From contig OLMU01003073.1 of the NCBI GenBank assembly GCA_900291995.1, positions 1-64,000 on the forward strand: DNA of 64,000 nucleotides, read 5' to 3'. The stretch comes from Licmophora abbreviata (lineage: Eukaryota). Under the pieces are notes generated by a model, which was not told the DNA's origin, did no database searches, and was given only the letters and a program-made list of their open reading frames with translations. How positions within the stretch are numbered: position 1 is the first letter of the stretch; each line of letters starts with the position of its first letter. This document shows, one piece after another, positions 10,145-23,290 of this stretch. Both the position numbers and the translations under genes were made by a program.

Positions 10145-10625
10145 TGCGCTCTACTAGCCTCTCTCACTCGACGACAGGTGCACTTGTGTTTGACGGGACC
10201 CTATGATACCATCACAGGTGAGGAGGCCGACGGAGAATCGGGATTTAAAATGGCAGGATCGGCTTGCTTGTCATAAACATAATCCGTCTTGAGGATAGTG
10301 TCCGTTATGTGTCTTGTTTTTCAAATCACAGTGAGGGATACTGACTGAAAGTCGGAAACGTCACTCAGCGGAGTGGTTAACGGACTGATTAAAACAAGAA
10401 TATATATGTAACCTTGAGCTTCTAGTTAAAACTTTTAGTGTGAGTATAACGTTATATACAGTTATTAGTTTCATACAAATATAGTACAAGCAAGACTGGA
10501 ACTGTGGGATTGGGTCACAGTCAAAGGCAAAGCTGGTATCTGTATCATACTCATCCCAGAGTGCTTGTATGCACTCCCCGTAAGCATCAACCACTTAGTG
10601 AGCCATCCTACATTCTTTAGTACTG

Positions 10626-12701
10626 CTACAGTTCGTCTGTGGTCAGGTTTATCAGTCCAGCTCGGTACTCATCGATGTTGATGAGTCGTTCGTGCACATC
10701 TCTTTTCTTGTCGTCGCCGGTCTTGTCCTTTGCGGTAGCACTAGAGGTCCCTCCACCTTGTGCGACTCCTAAATCACCTAGAAGCCCTTCAGTGAACGGG
10801 TTCTTCCCTTCTCCAATGATCTCATGATACAGCTCGAGGGCTTCTCCGTGAACTCTGGCGCTCTCGTCGTATTCTCCCATACGAAGAAATGCTAGAGCCA
10901 TGTTGATCTTGACGTCAGCAATCCCACTCGCTTCCGATTCGTGTCCCTCATAAAGACTCACAGCCGTCTCAAAGTGATCCATAGCAAGCAATGGTTCGTC
11001 ACGTCCCAAACGAATCGCACCGAGCGAAGCATGAATGTCGGCCTCGTACAACTCGTCGGCTTCGTACAGTATCCCTCCATCGTCGGGCATGTGAATGCCT
11101 GGGCCGCCGTTCAGCATTTCATGATAGGTTTCGAGCATATTCTCGTGTAGGGTAAGCGTAGTGTCGTCGTCGTCGTTCAAGATCGTCTGCTGCATGGCAG
11201 GCTGTTCGATTCCATGTTCCACGTACCAATCCATGGAGTCTTCGTAGTACTTCTGCGAATTGTCGTACCTGCCCATTTGGAGAAGAGCGTCGCTGAGATT
11301 ATACAGGAGTTCCGCCATACCACTCTCGATGTCAACATAATCCTGAGAGCCAGGTCGAAGCGAAGAAAACGTCTCTCGATATATAGCAAGGGCTTCTTCC
11401 CAGAGCGCAATCGTTTCGTCCAACTTGGCCAGGAACATGGTGGCCGATCCATGATGTTGCAGGGCCGTCGCCAATTGTATCCGCAGATATTCAAAGTCTG
11501 GATCCTTCTTCGTGAGTAGCTCAATCTGTTCACGAAACACGGGTACCGCCTTGGCGAACATCCCTTCCGCCTCCTCGACATTCTCCATGAGTTGCGAAAA
11601 GTCTTCAACAAAAAAGGTAGTGCCAGTAGTCGATGAGCCCGACCGCATATCATCTTGCGCCTTTTGTGTTGCTTCATCGATAAGCTCCCCACTAATATTA
11701 TCGATCATGAAGACACCTACCCGCACTAACGTCTCAGCCCAGTTGAGTGCCACATCATGGTGTATGGAGTCGGGCAGCGGAGCGGCAGGATTCTCCAAGA
11801 CTTTTCTATACATGCGTTCTGCCGCGCGAAGATGACCCAACGCATCGTGCCGCGATGCCTCTTTTTCTAAGCCTATCTGATAGGCTTCAGATATGTAAGA
11901 GTGTGCGTTGGCGATGGCTATGCGCAAATCATCTGGGTTTGCATACATGGCGTCGTCGAGATTGTTGTGGCTGGACAGATCGGAAAGATACGGTTCGACT
12001 CGCTCGTATCTCACGATGGCTTGCTGCAGCACCTCGATACACAGCCGCCCATCGAAACCCTCCCAATCCACGGAGGATGCATCTGCGTTACGCCCTTGCG
12101 CTCGTGTTCGATGGGCGACACCGAGCTGCGCGTACCATACGGCCAGGGCAAAGTCGACTTCCATAGCCGGTATGGTGCCGGGTACAATCTTGGGCCGATT
12201 TCGCAACAGAAAGGCAATCTCGGTACCATATTGGGTGTAGGGTTCCTCGTAGACGAAGGGATCTATCAGTGCAATGGACTCTGACGAAAGATCCCCCTCA
12301 GATTCGGACCGAGTTTCCTTGCGGGTAGGATCGATTGCGTTGGTCACTATTTGAGCTTTCACGCAGTACACGCCATCGCAGCTCTCCATTGTCATCTTCT
12401 CATCACCAGTTTCCTTCACCGACACCGCCATCACCAGTGGAATTTCACAGACCATCGACTCTTCGGTTGCATAACACTTCATGGACGACGATGATGTTGT
12501 AGTCGTCTCTGCCCCGCAACACGATGAGAAGAGTACAAGGGCGGCGGCAAGACAAAAGGTCATCAACGAAAACAGCTTTCGTTTCCGTCGAAAAGGTAGC
12601 CTGGTGTAAGTTCGAAGTCTCATTAGTATTGGAGTGTTATGAATACGAAGAAGGGAAACAAGCGGTGGAGAGAGTTGACAAACGCGTCTGCATCCCGCCA
12701 T
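10626..12701 (-). CDS. TPR-repeat protein, probably ER-lumenal (C-terminal TDEL)
   Basis: Hydrophobic signal segment FCLAAALVLFSSCCGA (true start may be 12623 or 12563); helical TPR-like repeats (LYNLSDALLQMGRYDNSQKYY, INMALAFLRMGEYDES); ends TTDEL*. Confidence 0.8.
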   Translation of the reverse strand: MAGCRRVCQLSPPLVSLLRIHNTPILMRLRTYTRLPFRRKRKLFSLMTFCLAAALVLFSSCCGAETTTTSSSSMKCYATEESMVCEIPLVMAVSVKETGDEKMTMESCDGVYCVKAQIVTNAIDPTRKETRSESEGDLSSESIALIDPFVYEEPYTQYGTEIAFLLRNRPKIVPGTIPAMEVDFALAVWYAQLGVAHRTRAQGRNADASSVDWEGFDGRLCIEVLQQAIVRYERVEPYLSDLSSHNNLDDAMYANPDDLRIAIANAHSYISEAYQIGLEKEASRHDALGHLRAAERMYRKVLENPAAPLPDSIHHDVALNWAETLVRVGVFMIDNISGELIDEATQKAQDDMRSGSSTTGTTFFVEDFSQLMENVEEAEGMFAKAVPVFREQIELLTKKDPDFEYLRIQLATALQHHGSATMFLAKLDETIALWEEALAIYRETFSSLRPGSQDYVDIESGMAELLYNLSDALLQMGRYDNSQKYYEDSMDWYVEHGIEQPAMQQTILNDDDDTTLTLHENMLETYHEMLNGGPGIHMPDDGGILYEADELYEADIHASLGAIRLGRDEPLLAMDHFETAVSLYEGHESEASGIADVKINMALAFLRMGEYDESARVHGEALELYHEIIGEGKNPFTEGLLGDLGVAQGGGTSSATAKDKTGDDKKRDVHERLINIDEYRAGLINLTTDEL

Positions 12702-13061
12702 TGTCGCGTTTGTCTTTCTTCTTTTTATGGCCTCGAAATATCCGGGTTTTTACGTTTCACTCGACTAGGAATTGACTCGACGTGTAACTCGATCGGCTCT
12801 ATACTTTTGAACTTTTGTCTCCTCTAACAGATCATTACCAGGCACATTGGCCATGAACATTGCCCCTGCTTTGTCTACCAAGAGGACAGAGAAGTCTATC
12901 GCTAGTACTCCGAGAGATCGCCCCGTCGTGCTTGTCCGTGACATGATCGCTTGCAAGCCAAAAAGAACGCATGGCATACACAATAACTTTTACTATGCAT
13001 GTACATACAGTCTCTGCAATATACGAATCGACCGAACCTTCGAGAACTAACCTACTCGCAT

Positions 13062-16000
13062 CTAAAAAGGTGCAAATGAAATGTCGTCCACAATCAAATC
13101 CCAGTCGAAGTTCCAGTTGCGAATGGCAAGAGAGACACGATCGGCATCGGCAAGTACTTGATTGACAGTGAATTCAACTTCATATGTGTTGAATGCATTC
13201 GCAACCCAAGTCATGTCGTCGTTTGTCATCTTGAATTTCTGATCCGTCACCTTGACACCATTGGACCATCCGGCTAGACGAACAGGAGGACAGCCCGGCA
13301 CGACGCGAGCCTCCGCGGGATTGCAAGTGACACCTGCGCCTGTATTCTTATTGATAATCTTCATCTTGGCAGTCAACTTCCACCGGCTGTTAAGATCAAG
13401 GCAGCGGGGATCGACAAATTGGTGCATACCGTCACCTGCGTTCGGGCGATTCGACACCTTGAAGGCCATACTGCCATCGATCGAGATGAGCTCAATCTTC
13501 TCGTTGCCACCGTTGATCCAGTGACGCCAAAAACTAGGCGTCGACCCGTACTCTCCATCGCCATTCAACAGCAGCTCGTTGCAGGAAAGTGCCAAGGGTG
13601 TGACCGAAACGTCGTCAATGATCAAGTCCTTTCCACTCGACACTTGATCAAAATAAAGTTCATGCTTGTCGGCCCTGGAGTCATACTCATTGGCGTTGAA
13701 CGTCCCAGAAACAAAATACCAGCCGTCGGGAGTTTCGCCTTGATCTGTTATCGCGATGCTTCCTCCGTCGTGAGACTTGACATCCACTGACGGCAGTCCC
13801 AAATTAACAAAGGAGCGCATCCTCATTCGAGGGCAGCTAAGGTTGTTTCCAGTACGTGTAGGGTTGCATTCAAACCGAGATCCGTCTGGTGGGTTGACCA
13901 AGCGGACCCGAGCGGTCACAAGAAAGCGCTCGTTGAAATTCATGCATCCTGTGCGACTATCCTGCCTCGGACTTTGAGACAAGGACGAACGGCCAGTCAT
14001 CTTGAGTGCGTGGTTGCCACCGATCGCTGTCATGGACATTTCGACGTTGTTGCTGTCAACATTCTTCTCCCAGAAACGAGACACTCCATTGGCGAAATCT
14101 CCGTTCAAAACGAGTTGACTGCAGTCGCCGGAGAGAAGCGAGACAGACACATTGTCTACGTATGCTTTGACTCGGGTGATCCTGGGCTCGACAAAGAAGA
14201 GAACGCTCGAACCGCCGGCAATGACGGAGTCGACGGTGAACGTGCCTTGGAGAAGATTCCATCCATCGGCTTGGTAAGGGCGCATGAAGTAGTCTGATAC
14301 ATCCACGTTGAATTCTCTGAAGCTACTCCCACTTTGATCGGTCGGGGTCCGCACGCGGAGGCGCGCTCTTGGACATCCGCTCTCTACATCACACGACATG
14401 GGAGATGCGTTGCGTTCCAGCTTGACCCATGCCTTGATTTCATACTGTCGTCCATGCACGAGGCACCGCGTGTCAAGAAACTGGCCAATCAAACGCGTTG
14501 ACATGGTCTGATCAACGTCAGTGAGGGCGTTCGAGTTGGAGCCCATGCCCTTGCCACTCGCCAGCTCTAGGCCTCCGTGATGGTGCAACCAGTGCGGGAA
14601 GGCGTTGTTCGACATCTCAAAGTCGCCGTTCTTGATGAGCTCTTGACACTCATCCGGTAAGGGGTCAGGGGCAACCAAGCGGAGAGCTTCACCAGCAATG
14701 GCATTCGGACACTGCGCTTCCTCCACAGTAACTTCGGCGTGTGTGGGCCATCCCTGTCCAGCGCTGGTGCGGAATCTAGCAACGTAGGTCTTTCCTGGAG
14801 GTAGGGTCACAGCAAAGTGGCGACCCTTACGAATCCAGGAATTCGCGCTATCATCCAGGGGTCCGTCTGGACCAACAGTTTCGTAATAGTATTTCGAAGG
14901 AAAGTCGAACCTGTTGTTGGCGTTTCCGTCTTCGGTGACTCGAAGGACAAAGCTTTGTGTTTCGGCAGGATCGACTGTGAACAAGATCGTTCGAAGGCAG
15001 ACGTCTGGGCAATACATATACCCTTGACCCGAGAAAACGTCACACGCGCTGGTGTCAAGGAAGTGCGTCAGGTCGGGCGTATCGCTTATCACCGTAGAGA
15101 CACCACTGGCAGCGCTTCCGGTCGGACGCATGCTACTATCTAAGTCCGTGATGTAGATACCACTGGTCCCTGCTGCCTTGGCTCGCGAAAATGCAAACTG
15201 TCGAGGTGTGACACCAGATTCAAATTGCATGCCTTGAAGCGTTGTCCAATAGTCAAATAGACCGTGCTCAACTCCATCGTCGACAGCAATCAACGCAGAG
15301 CGGCTGCTGCCCGTTTCAGTAAAGCCAGAGAACGAGACGTCACGAATCGTTCCACCAGACCGATCCATGCTGGTTGTGAATCCATGTAGCTCGAGGCCGA
15401 TGACGTTTCCGGTATGAGCTGGGGCGTTCTGTTGAGATCTCAGTATTCCCTTGTACTCATCTGAGACGCCAACCAACGCGGTACCGACCACACGGATATT
15501 CTCGGCTCGATCAAGATCAATCTGAATCTCGTTGTTGGCAAGAATGCCGCCCTCAACCGCTAAGTTCCTGCTATTGTGAAAAAATACGCCATCCCACTTT
15601 TTGAATACAATGAGAGCACGACCTGTCAGCCAACGTCTATTATGCGTCACTTTCCGAAACAATGGAATACTTCAACACTCACCTTGTTCTTGAACGACCT
15701 CGTGTTGTAGAAAACAGCTTCTTCCGGAGGGAAGAACCCATGAGGGTAGGTGCGCACCCCATGCTTTCCGTTGCTATGTGCGACATTGTCGCGAAACGAG
15801 CCAAGTGGCATTGCCCGAGGATTCATGCCTGCAGAAAGAGGCATAGTGGCAGTCGGACCACGAACCTGCTGGAGGAGCTCAAACCAAAATCCGTTGTCTC
15901 TTGACCCAGCCGCTACGTTGCCAATCCACTCGTTGGAAGGATTCGAGCACCAAAATGTACTAGGAATACCATCGCTTTCTATCGGCGAGACCAAGCGACT

Positions 16001-18532
16001 AGCAGGCTTCGTACCGGCACCAAGATTGCCAATGAAAACATTGTCGAGCTCGCCACCGTCTTCAGTCATGTAGCAATGACCAAAGTGATCATATGCCACA
16101 TTCGAGTCAATGGTAAGGTTATGACTTCCATGTACCACAATGCAGCGTTGCTTCGAGTCGCGAACAGAGTTCCTGGCGACAACTGCGCCATTCACGTCAC
16201 CACAAAGGTGAAAATGGATCGGCTGACAAAGCGCAAACAGAGGGACACCTCAATTTGAGAATATGTTCTGCTACGATTACAATCTTCCACACCAGACACT
16301 TACGTATTTGCCGAGAATCCCCTGTTGCCCAAAGTTACGAAATTCGACACCTTCTATATACTGATCGACATGCGGCGTCTGCATGACCATGAAATGAGCG
16401 CCCATAAGCTTGTCGTTGTCATCATCGTCTCCTTCAAAAACAATGTTTCGACTGAGCAACGCAACCTCAACAGCGAAGTCAGGGCTCTCCTTCGCAGTGG
16501 TGGGGGGAACCAGTGCTTCGTTCAGCTCTAGCTTGACGAAGCCATCGCCCGTCGGAATCGGCGGTGAGACCAGACGACGAACCTGGGAATCGTCAAAGTT
16601 GAGCGTATGCGACGTGACGAGAATCTCGGATCCGGAGTCCCAGCAATCCGAGACGCCAGTATCGGGCACCAAAATTGAATTTACCGAGCCATCCTGAAAA
16701 GAAAGTCGCATGTCGTCGAAGTCCATGTCCACAGTGGCGGCACCGTAAGTCTCGAATTGAAGACGAATCGACTCGACGTTGTCGCCAATTAATTCCATGT
16801 CTGCCGTGAAGCGGGACTCGCAGACAGTCCAGCCGTCTTGTGTGCTTAAAGGACACTCAGTGATAGCACGTTGAATGACTGAGCCGTCCCTACGTTTCGT
16901 CCAAAGCTCCATTTTTGATCTACGCCCCTCAGTCGACTGAATGCGAATCCTTGCCGAGGCTTCGTACATGCCGTTCGGAACGAGACAGTCGGGTGCCATG
17001 AGCTCGTAGTAGATGGTGTGGGCGTTGCCATCTCGACCAGCTAGGTGGAAGTACTGGTTACCATCGTCCTCGGTCTCAACCGTTAGATGACCACCTGAAT
17101 TCGTAATGGGATAAGGGTGGACAGAGTCCAATTCCGCATTGCCATTCTGCACGAGGTTACCAGCACAGACGGCCCTGGGGTCCGGAAAGGCATCTTCCGG
17201 TGGAAGAGAGAACCGAACGTCGTCCATCTCAATGAGAACCCCCGCTTCGGGACCACGAAGCTGAAGAATTTGGTAGACGTTATCGAGGTTGATTTCTTCC
17301 GCTGTATACTCCACAATGGCGTGGAAGTCTTGCCAGACGCCGTACTGAGACATTTGAAGCGGTTCTTCCCACCCCTTGCGACGACCAATCAGATTCGTAG
17401 GAGTCTTCACTGTTGACTGAAGGGTGACACAGTTGTTGCCTGACGTCGCGCAAGTAGTGAGCGCCCCCGTGGGAGCACCGGCCTTGGTGAGCTTGACTCT
17501 CGCACGAAACAGGTACGGCTGATCAGCCAGTAGACAGTCCCGAATATGCAGCATATCCCACGTGGGAGCTTGGCCCTGAGGGTCCTTTCGGTTCCAAACA
17601 AGAAACGTTTCATCTTCAGTTACTTGGGCGAAGGCTCCGTATCCACCTGTCCATCCGTGAGCGTTTTCAGTAGTGTTAAAGTTGTCCTCCATGTAGATTC
17701 CGGCCGAGCTGGAGCATCGAGGGTTCGACCGACCACGGGGCTCCGTCGGGATTTGCGCAAACTTTTCTGGATCCGGCATATCACCAGTCATAACTTCTTG
17801 AAGATTAACCCACGTAGGACAATTCGGAGGAAGGCCACGAATAGTCACCTTGCCACCCGCCACGACGAAGGGCTTCTTGCCTGGCGCACACTTGCGAGGA
17901 CTCGAAGCACCAGCGGCAGAGCATGCCATGCGGTTCTGTCCTGCGGGCTCAAACTGCGTGATAGACTGGTCGGTTCCAGTCAAGACGATTTTGATGTTTG
18001 GCTCCCCTGTCACCTTGCGAGTGGAGTACATCTCGAGTTCGCCCTGAACGAGGACAAACGGCGTCACAATGGTCAAACGGTACCCGTTGGGGAACTTGAG
18101 TGTACCCCGAATGTCCAAACCATGGGGAAGGTAAAGAGTGTCGGAAGCATCATAGTTCATGGTGACACACTGACCACATGGAATAACAATTGTTCCACCT
18201 GATGGATTGAAGTTCTTCTCGTTCCAGTTGAAGGACCCGTCGTTGCACCGGGGGTTGTTGCAGTTGAGAGGCTCAAAGAACTCATGGTCGGCGATGAGCT
18301 GGCGACGAGAGTCGGTCTGGTTGACACGTAGATCGTTCAACACTTCAACTTGACGTTCCGTCACAAGAGAGGACGAAGAAGAGCTTCTTGTCCACCTCGT
18401 GGCGTTTTGAGACACGTCCTCGACGTAGTAGCTATCAGCCTGGTCGCGCTTGCCGCGAAGAGCATGGGCTGATGGGCAGCTCTTGCTCAACGCAAGAAGA
18501 GCCCACGGAAGAAGACTCGAACGGAAGCGCAT
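13062..18532 (-). CDS. Secreted G8-domain / parallel beta-helix protein with about five CBM4/9/22-like modules (CEMIP/TMEM2/fibrocystin-type core, ~1767 aa)
   Basis: Exons 18532-16304, 16222-15683 and 15596-13062 are in frame. Signal peptide plus LRG; G8 (IVIPCGQCV...LDIRGTLKF...VLVQGEL); AVEVALLSRNI; GQQGILGKYPIHFHLC spanning intron 1; QRCIVVHGS, GHCYMTEDG, GNVAAGS; CBM starts NLVQNGNAE, ELIKNGDFE, QLVLNGDFA, ELLLNGDGE. Confidence 0.85.
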
Positions 18533-18857
18533 GGTTCCGACGGAAAATTGTAAAAAGTGAGCTGAAGCTGTCGACTCCCATCCTGTTGCGATGAAAAGGC
18601 CTCCGACTTTCCGGTGAACCACTTTCTGGTAGTAACAACGGCGTAACGAGTCAGTGAGAAAGTCACAGACATCCCTTTCGAAATATTGATCACATAAATG
18701 CTACGGGACCCGTGCTTGAGAGTTATGATAGAGGAGGGGCTGCCGACAGAAGCACATGGTGAAGGCGTTGAAGCACATGGTGCCAGGCGGCCGGCGGAGT
18801 TCTTGCCATCGTGGATCTTGGTATCTTTGGCATCGGTCGAAATTTCTCAAGTTTTGG

Positions 18858-18869
18858 TTTGGCGCGAAA
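18858..18869. promoter_or_regulatory. Overlapping double E2F consensus site (TTTGGCGCGAAA) in the divergent G8/copine intergenic region
   Basis: Matches TTTSSCGC on both strands; the reverse complement TTTCGCGCCAAA is the classic DHFR-type E2F site. Function is not shown. Confidence 0.3.
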
Positions 18870-19055
18870 TTTGGAACCGAAATATTAGCAGAGCATACCC
18901 AAGCTTCAGATATTTGGAAGCGTATAGTTTGCGCGCGTCATCATGCTGAGTCATATATCCGGGTTATCCTTATTCGAAGCATCACTTTCCGCGGGCGACT
19001 AAAAACTTTCTGCGTGACCAGTGGTATTCTTTGCGGGAGAAAAAGCACCGCGACA

Positions 19056-21106
19056 ATGTCCGGAATGGATGCTCAATCGAGCCGACTGCAGCTGTCTCTG
19101 ACTGGCAAGAACCTTGCAAACTTATCGAGAGGCTTATTGGGAGGAAAATCAGACCCGTTTTGCGTCGTGACAGTTCGAGGAGACAACAAAGACAACATTC
19201 CCATTATCGTTGGTCAGACCGAAATGTGAGTCTGTAGAATGCAGTATCTTATCTACGAGAGCGGTATTCCCAAGACCTACAAGGTTGACGTATTAGGCGA
19301 CTCGCTCTTCTAACGTGAATTCTATGCTCTTTTCGTTCATTTTATTACAGTGCTTATAATACTCTGAGTCCAGTATGGTCGACGGTCGTATTTCTCGAAG
19401 GATACAGATTCGGGGTTCCATTCTATGTTGAAATTGGGGTCTTCGACTTCCAGGCCCAGGCGGTTGGCAAGAATGAGAAGCACCTAGCGAAGCAGTCGAG
19501 TACGCAGAGCATGCAGCTCACCAGTTCAGACTCGACTAGGGAGCTTCTGAGAACTGGGAAGCTTCCGCACCATCATGGGGACGGCGCTCTTTGAGATCGG
19601 ACATGTAATGGCGTCGAAGGGAAACGTGGCTTCCAAGGCGCTGCAAACTGGCGGAAAGATCTGTGTGCACCTCGAGCGGAGTCGAGTGGCACAGGGCCTT
19701 GGAAATCTGAATGTTCAACTCAAGGGAGTCAATCTCTTGAACGCTAGTATGCTGGGAAAGAGTAGCCCCTTCTTTGAGCTCCATCGAAAGGTCGACCGTC
19801 CGTCAGGTGCCACCTGGACGAACGTCTTCAAATCCCACGTCGTCAAGTCAAATCTCAATCCGAAGTGGGACGAAACTACCTTGAATCTTGAAGCGATCTG
19901 CAATAGCGATCTGGATCGAACCATCAAGATCGTTGTGCGTGACTTTCGTAGAGGAGGTCGTCACAGAGTCATAGGAGAATGCGAAACGAGTTTGCATCGC
20001 CTCGTTGATGCTGGAAGTAACGTCAACTCAGACATTGTCTTTCTTTTGCGAAAGGAAGAGCGCTTGGCTGGGGAAATCGTTGTCGTTAAGGCAGAGGTTG
20101 TGCCAGACGAAGGCGAGGAGGCTGACCAGATAGTGTATGAGGATCCACCGACCGGCGAAGTCCCAAAAGCGCCTGGCCTGCGCTCAACACAGCAGTCGCC
20201 GAATCGCCCTGAGTTTGTAGATTACCTCACTGGAGGCTGCCAAATGAGCCTTGCTGTTGCGATTGACTTCACCGCATCAAATGGAAGTCCACGTGAGCCG
20301 GGGACACCTCACTATTTTACCTCTTCGCAAGGATGGAACGACTATCAGAAAGCACTGTTCGCGGTAGGATCCATTCTGGCAAGATACGACGCGGATCAGA
20401 AGTTTCCTGTGTGGGGGTTCGGCGCAAAATACGATGGTACGCAAAGTGTTTACGAATCACTGGCCCGGTGTTGTGCTCCCAGTATCGCGCTTGACTCACA
20501 TTCATCTGGCGGTCTTCACATCCACGAATTACAGGAGTAGTACGGCAGTGCTTCCAATGCGGCAATGACGTGCAAGTGGAAGGTGTCCCCGGTATGATGG
20601 AGGCGTACGAAGGTGTATTCAGCACTCCACTTACAATGAGCTACCCGACTGACTACACGGAAGTTATCCAAACAGCGTCGGCGTATGCAATGAGTGAACT
20701 GGAGGAAGCACGCAATCATGGACAACTGTCGTACACCATCCTTGTTATCCTGACTGCCGGAAATGTGAACAATGTTCTGGAGACGAAGCGTGAGCTGATC
20801 GAAGCTAGCGAGACACCTCTTTCTGTCGTCATTGTTGGGATTGGCAGTTCCGATTTTGCCGATATGGAATTCTTGGACGAGCACGACGGAATGGAGGGCC
20901 GAGATATCACTAAGTTTGTGGCTTTTCAGGAATACGATAGCTATAACAAGCTGACCAAGGCTGTCCTCGACGAGATTCCGGATCAGCTTGTTGAATACTA
21001 CCACAAGCGCGGGGTTATGCCTGGCGAGGCAGAGACGACTGCGTTGGAGGACGTTCCGGTCGCAGAGCCGGACGATGACGAGAGAACTCTCACATTCTTG
21101 GGATAA
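19056..21106 (+). CDS. Copine (C2-C2-vWA Ca2+/phospholipid-binding protein); apparent +1 frame break at about 19551-19575
   Basis: KSDPFCVV, GKSSPFFE, SNLNPKW, VAIDFTASNG, FPVWGFGAK, PLSVVIVGIGSSDFADMEFLD, VLDEIPDQLVEYY. Introns 19226-19350 and 20437-20534. The exon-2 frame stops at 19592, while conserved MGTALFEIG continues in the next frame. Confidence 0.9.
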
Positions 21107-21188
21107 TAATTGTTTCTTAGTGTTATGGAACAGTCTTGTAGCTCAGTTGCTTGTAGGTTTGCTTCGGGGACTTAGTGTGCTGTGATGG

Positions 21189-23290
21189 TCAACTGGGTTC
21201 TGTCCTCAGGACCCCACCAGGAAACGTTACGTGGTGAATGGACCCAACTGACTCGAGCGATGGCGGTCGTTGTACAGGAAGCGCCCCGCACTTAAACCAC
21301 AACCCCCACCCAGAAGTCGTCTCGACCGTAACTTCGCCATCCGAGTCAGTCCCAAGTTTCCACGCAGGTGTGATAGTATCCGATAGCTCACAGATGGCCC
21401 TCGGCTGGTCGCCGAGGACAGAGCCAGCTTCCCCCGATCCCGTGAGGCATCGCGAGCCAAGGTACACTCCAGACGATATGGACCAGAATCCGAGACAAGC
21501 GCGATGATTCTTGTCGGAAAACGGAGATATGGCAAGGGATTCCAACGGATCAAGAGCGATGCCAGTACATCTACTAGAACCATCGATATTTATGACTCCC
21601 GGTCCTGCGTCAAGGTGAAAAACGAGAGCAGCAGTCTTGTTGCTCGAGCTACCTCCCATGCGGCGAACGTCAAACAGCGAGCACGATCCAAATGAGTGCT
21701 TTGCTAGGAAAAGATGAGAAGTTGCATCATCGCGTGCATTCAGAACTTTGATTCCGGAAATCGACCCTCGCTTGTTATCGCCCGAACGGCATCCCAATGT
21801 GCAGATGTCTGTCGAGCGAAAGTCAACAACACTCATTGTACCATTACGATGTCCAAATAGTGCGGTCGCGTTGGAGCCGAGATACTCTGCACGTAGGGCG
21901 TCAGATCTAGGGAATCCAATGACCTGAGGATACGTGATTTCCATCCGGGTGAGGTCCAACATTTGAGGGCCGTAGTCGCTTCGAGGCATGGATCGCGAGT
22001 AGTTTGTCGCAAGAATCATTGTGGTGTCTGTTGTAGTAGGGTCAAGTAAGAGTGGCGTAAGATGGGGCCTTGAACATGTCATATCGACAAAAAGAGGCGT
22101 ACACGATAAGTCCTTACCTCGTGAGTGAAAGTGGGGATGGAACGCCAGATCATTGATTCCCGTTGGACTCTCGGCATGAAACGAATCCAACTCGTTTCCC
22201 TCTCCGCATCTCCAAATTCGACAGGCATTGTCAGTCCCACGATTCATCCGAGACACGAATGCGAAGCAAAGTGAAGATGCATTTTGAACCCTCTGGGGAG
22301 AGAAGCGAACCAAGTGCGGAGGACTCTCTCTGTAAAAGTGGTAAAGTGGTAGATGTGAGTTATCCACACCACCGCGATCATAGGCGAATGGGCATCATAC
22401 ATGTATACGCACCCCGTATCTTTGAGAGGCGTCAAACTCAAGTCACATTCCTCATTCTCGTCTGGCGGAGTCTTACACAGAGTAGGTTGGCGAGCAAATC
22501 GAATAGAGCAACCACCTTTGAACAAAGTCGCGATAGACGGAAATTCAGTCGACTTCGACCCCATATGAATGTCCATCGTTCTAGCCGCAGAATGAAACGA
22601 GTACTTGCAGTCGAGATCTGAAGGCATGTTGCTATCGTCAAGGAGTGACGAAGAAGTATCCGTAGATGCACTTCTCAAAGGACGTAGCAGAGTGGCAAAT
22701 TGACCCTTCTCTTTCGTCGGCACCACCGCTGGAACGACCTGCATACCCGCTTGCACAACCCGACCGGCCCACAGCGAACGCAATTGACGACACCGCCTAG
22801 CTGAGACGCATGTCTCAATGGACAGTGACAACATACCATTTTGTATCAGCGACGTGTCTCGTTGAAGCGGCGGGCGAGTAGAGGAAAGCCTTTTGTCGTT
22901 CCACTCGAATCCTGCTGGACGGGACTCGTTGCTATCTGATAAAGTTTTCCCACTAGGTCGTCGCCCCCGTCCAGACTCTGCTGCTGGAAAGTACGCGTCA
23001 CGCTCAGGATCGTACCGAAAGTTTCCCAGGCGAGCCTTTGGTTTCGATTCTGTTGGAGAGGACTCGTCATCCTTACTACTAGCCCTTGAACTCTCGAGCA
23101 ATCGTTTGCGGCGTTGGCGCTGCAATTGTTCTTCGATAGAGATGTTCTCGTTCTCGGAAGGCTGTCTAGGAGGTTGAACGTCCCTTCGAGAGGCATTCCT
23201 TGATCTCCGACGAGCATGAACAGGAACCTTTGGATCTTGGTACCGTCTATCATTACCCCGTTTGCCGTGTCGTCTCTTCCAGGATGTCAT
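21189..23290 (-). CDS. WD40-like protein, DCAF4/WDR21-like
   Basis: Exons 23290-22413, 22329-22118 and 22027-21189 are in frame. N-terminal LGNFRYDPERDAYF resembles the DCAF4 LPGFYYDPEKxRYF motif; GHRNGTMSVVDFR and SCSLFDVRR are WDxR-like. Confidence 0.6.

Noticed and set aside
19589..19595. CTT-TGA at the copine frame break, resembling the bacterial RF2 +1 programmed frameshift site
   Set aside because: The conserved MGTALF motif lies upstream of this site already in the +1 frame, so the shift must occur earlier. The match is coincidental.
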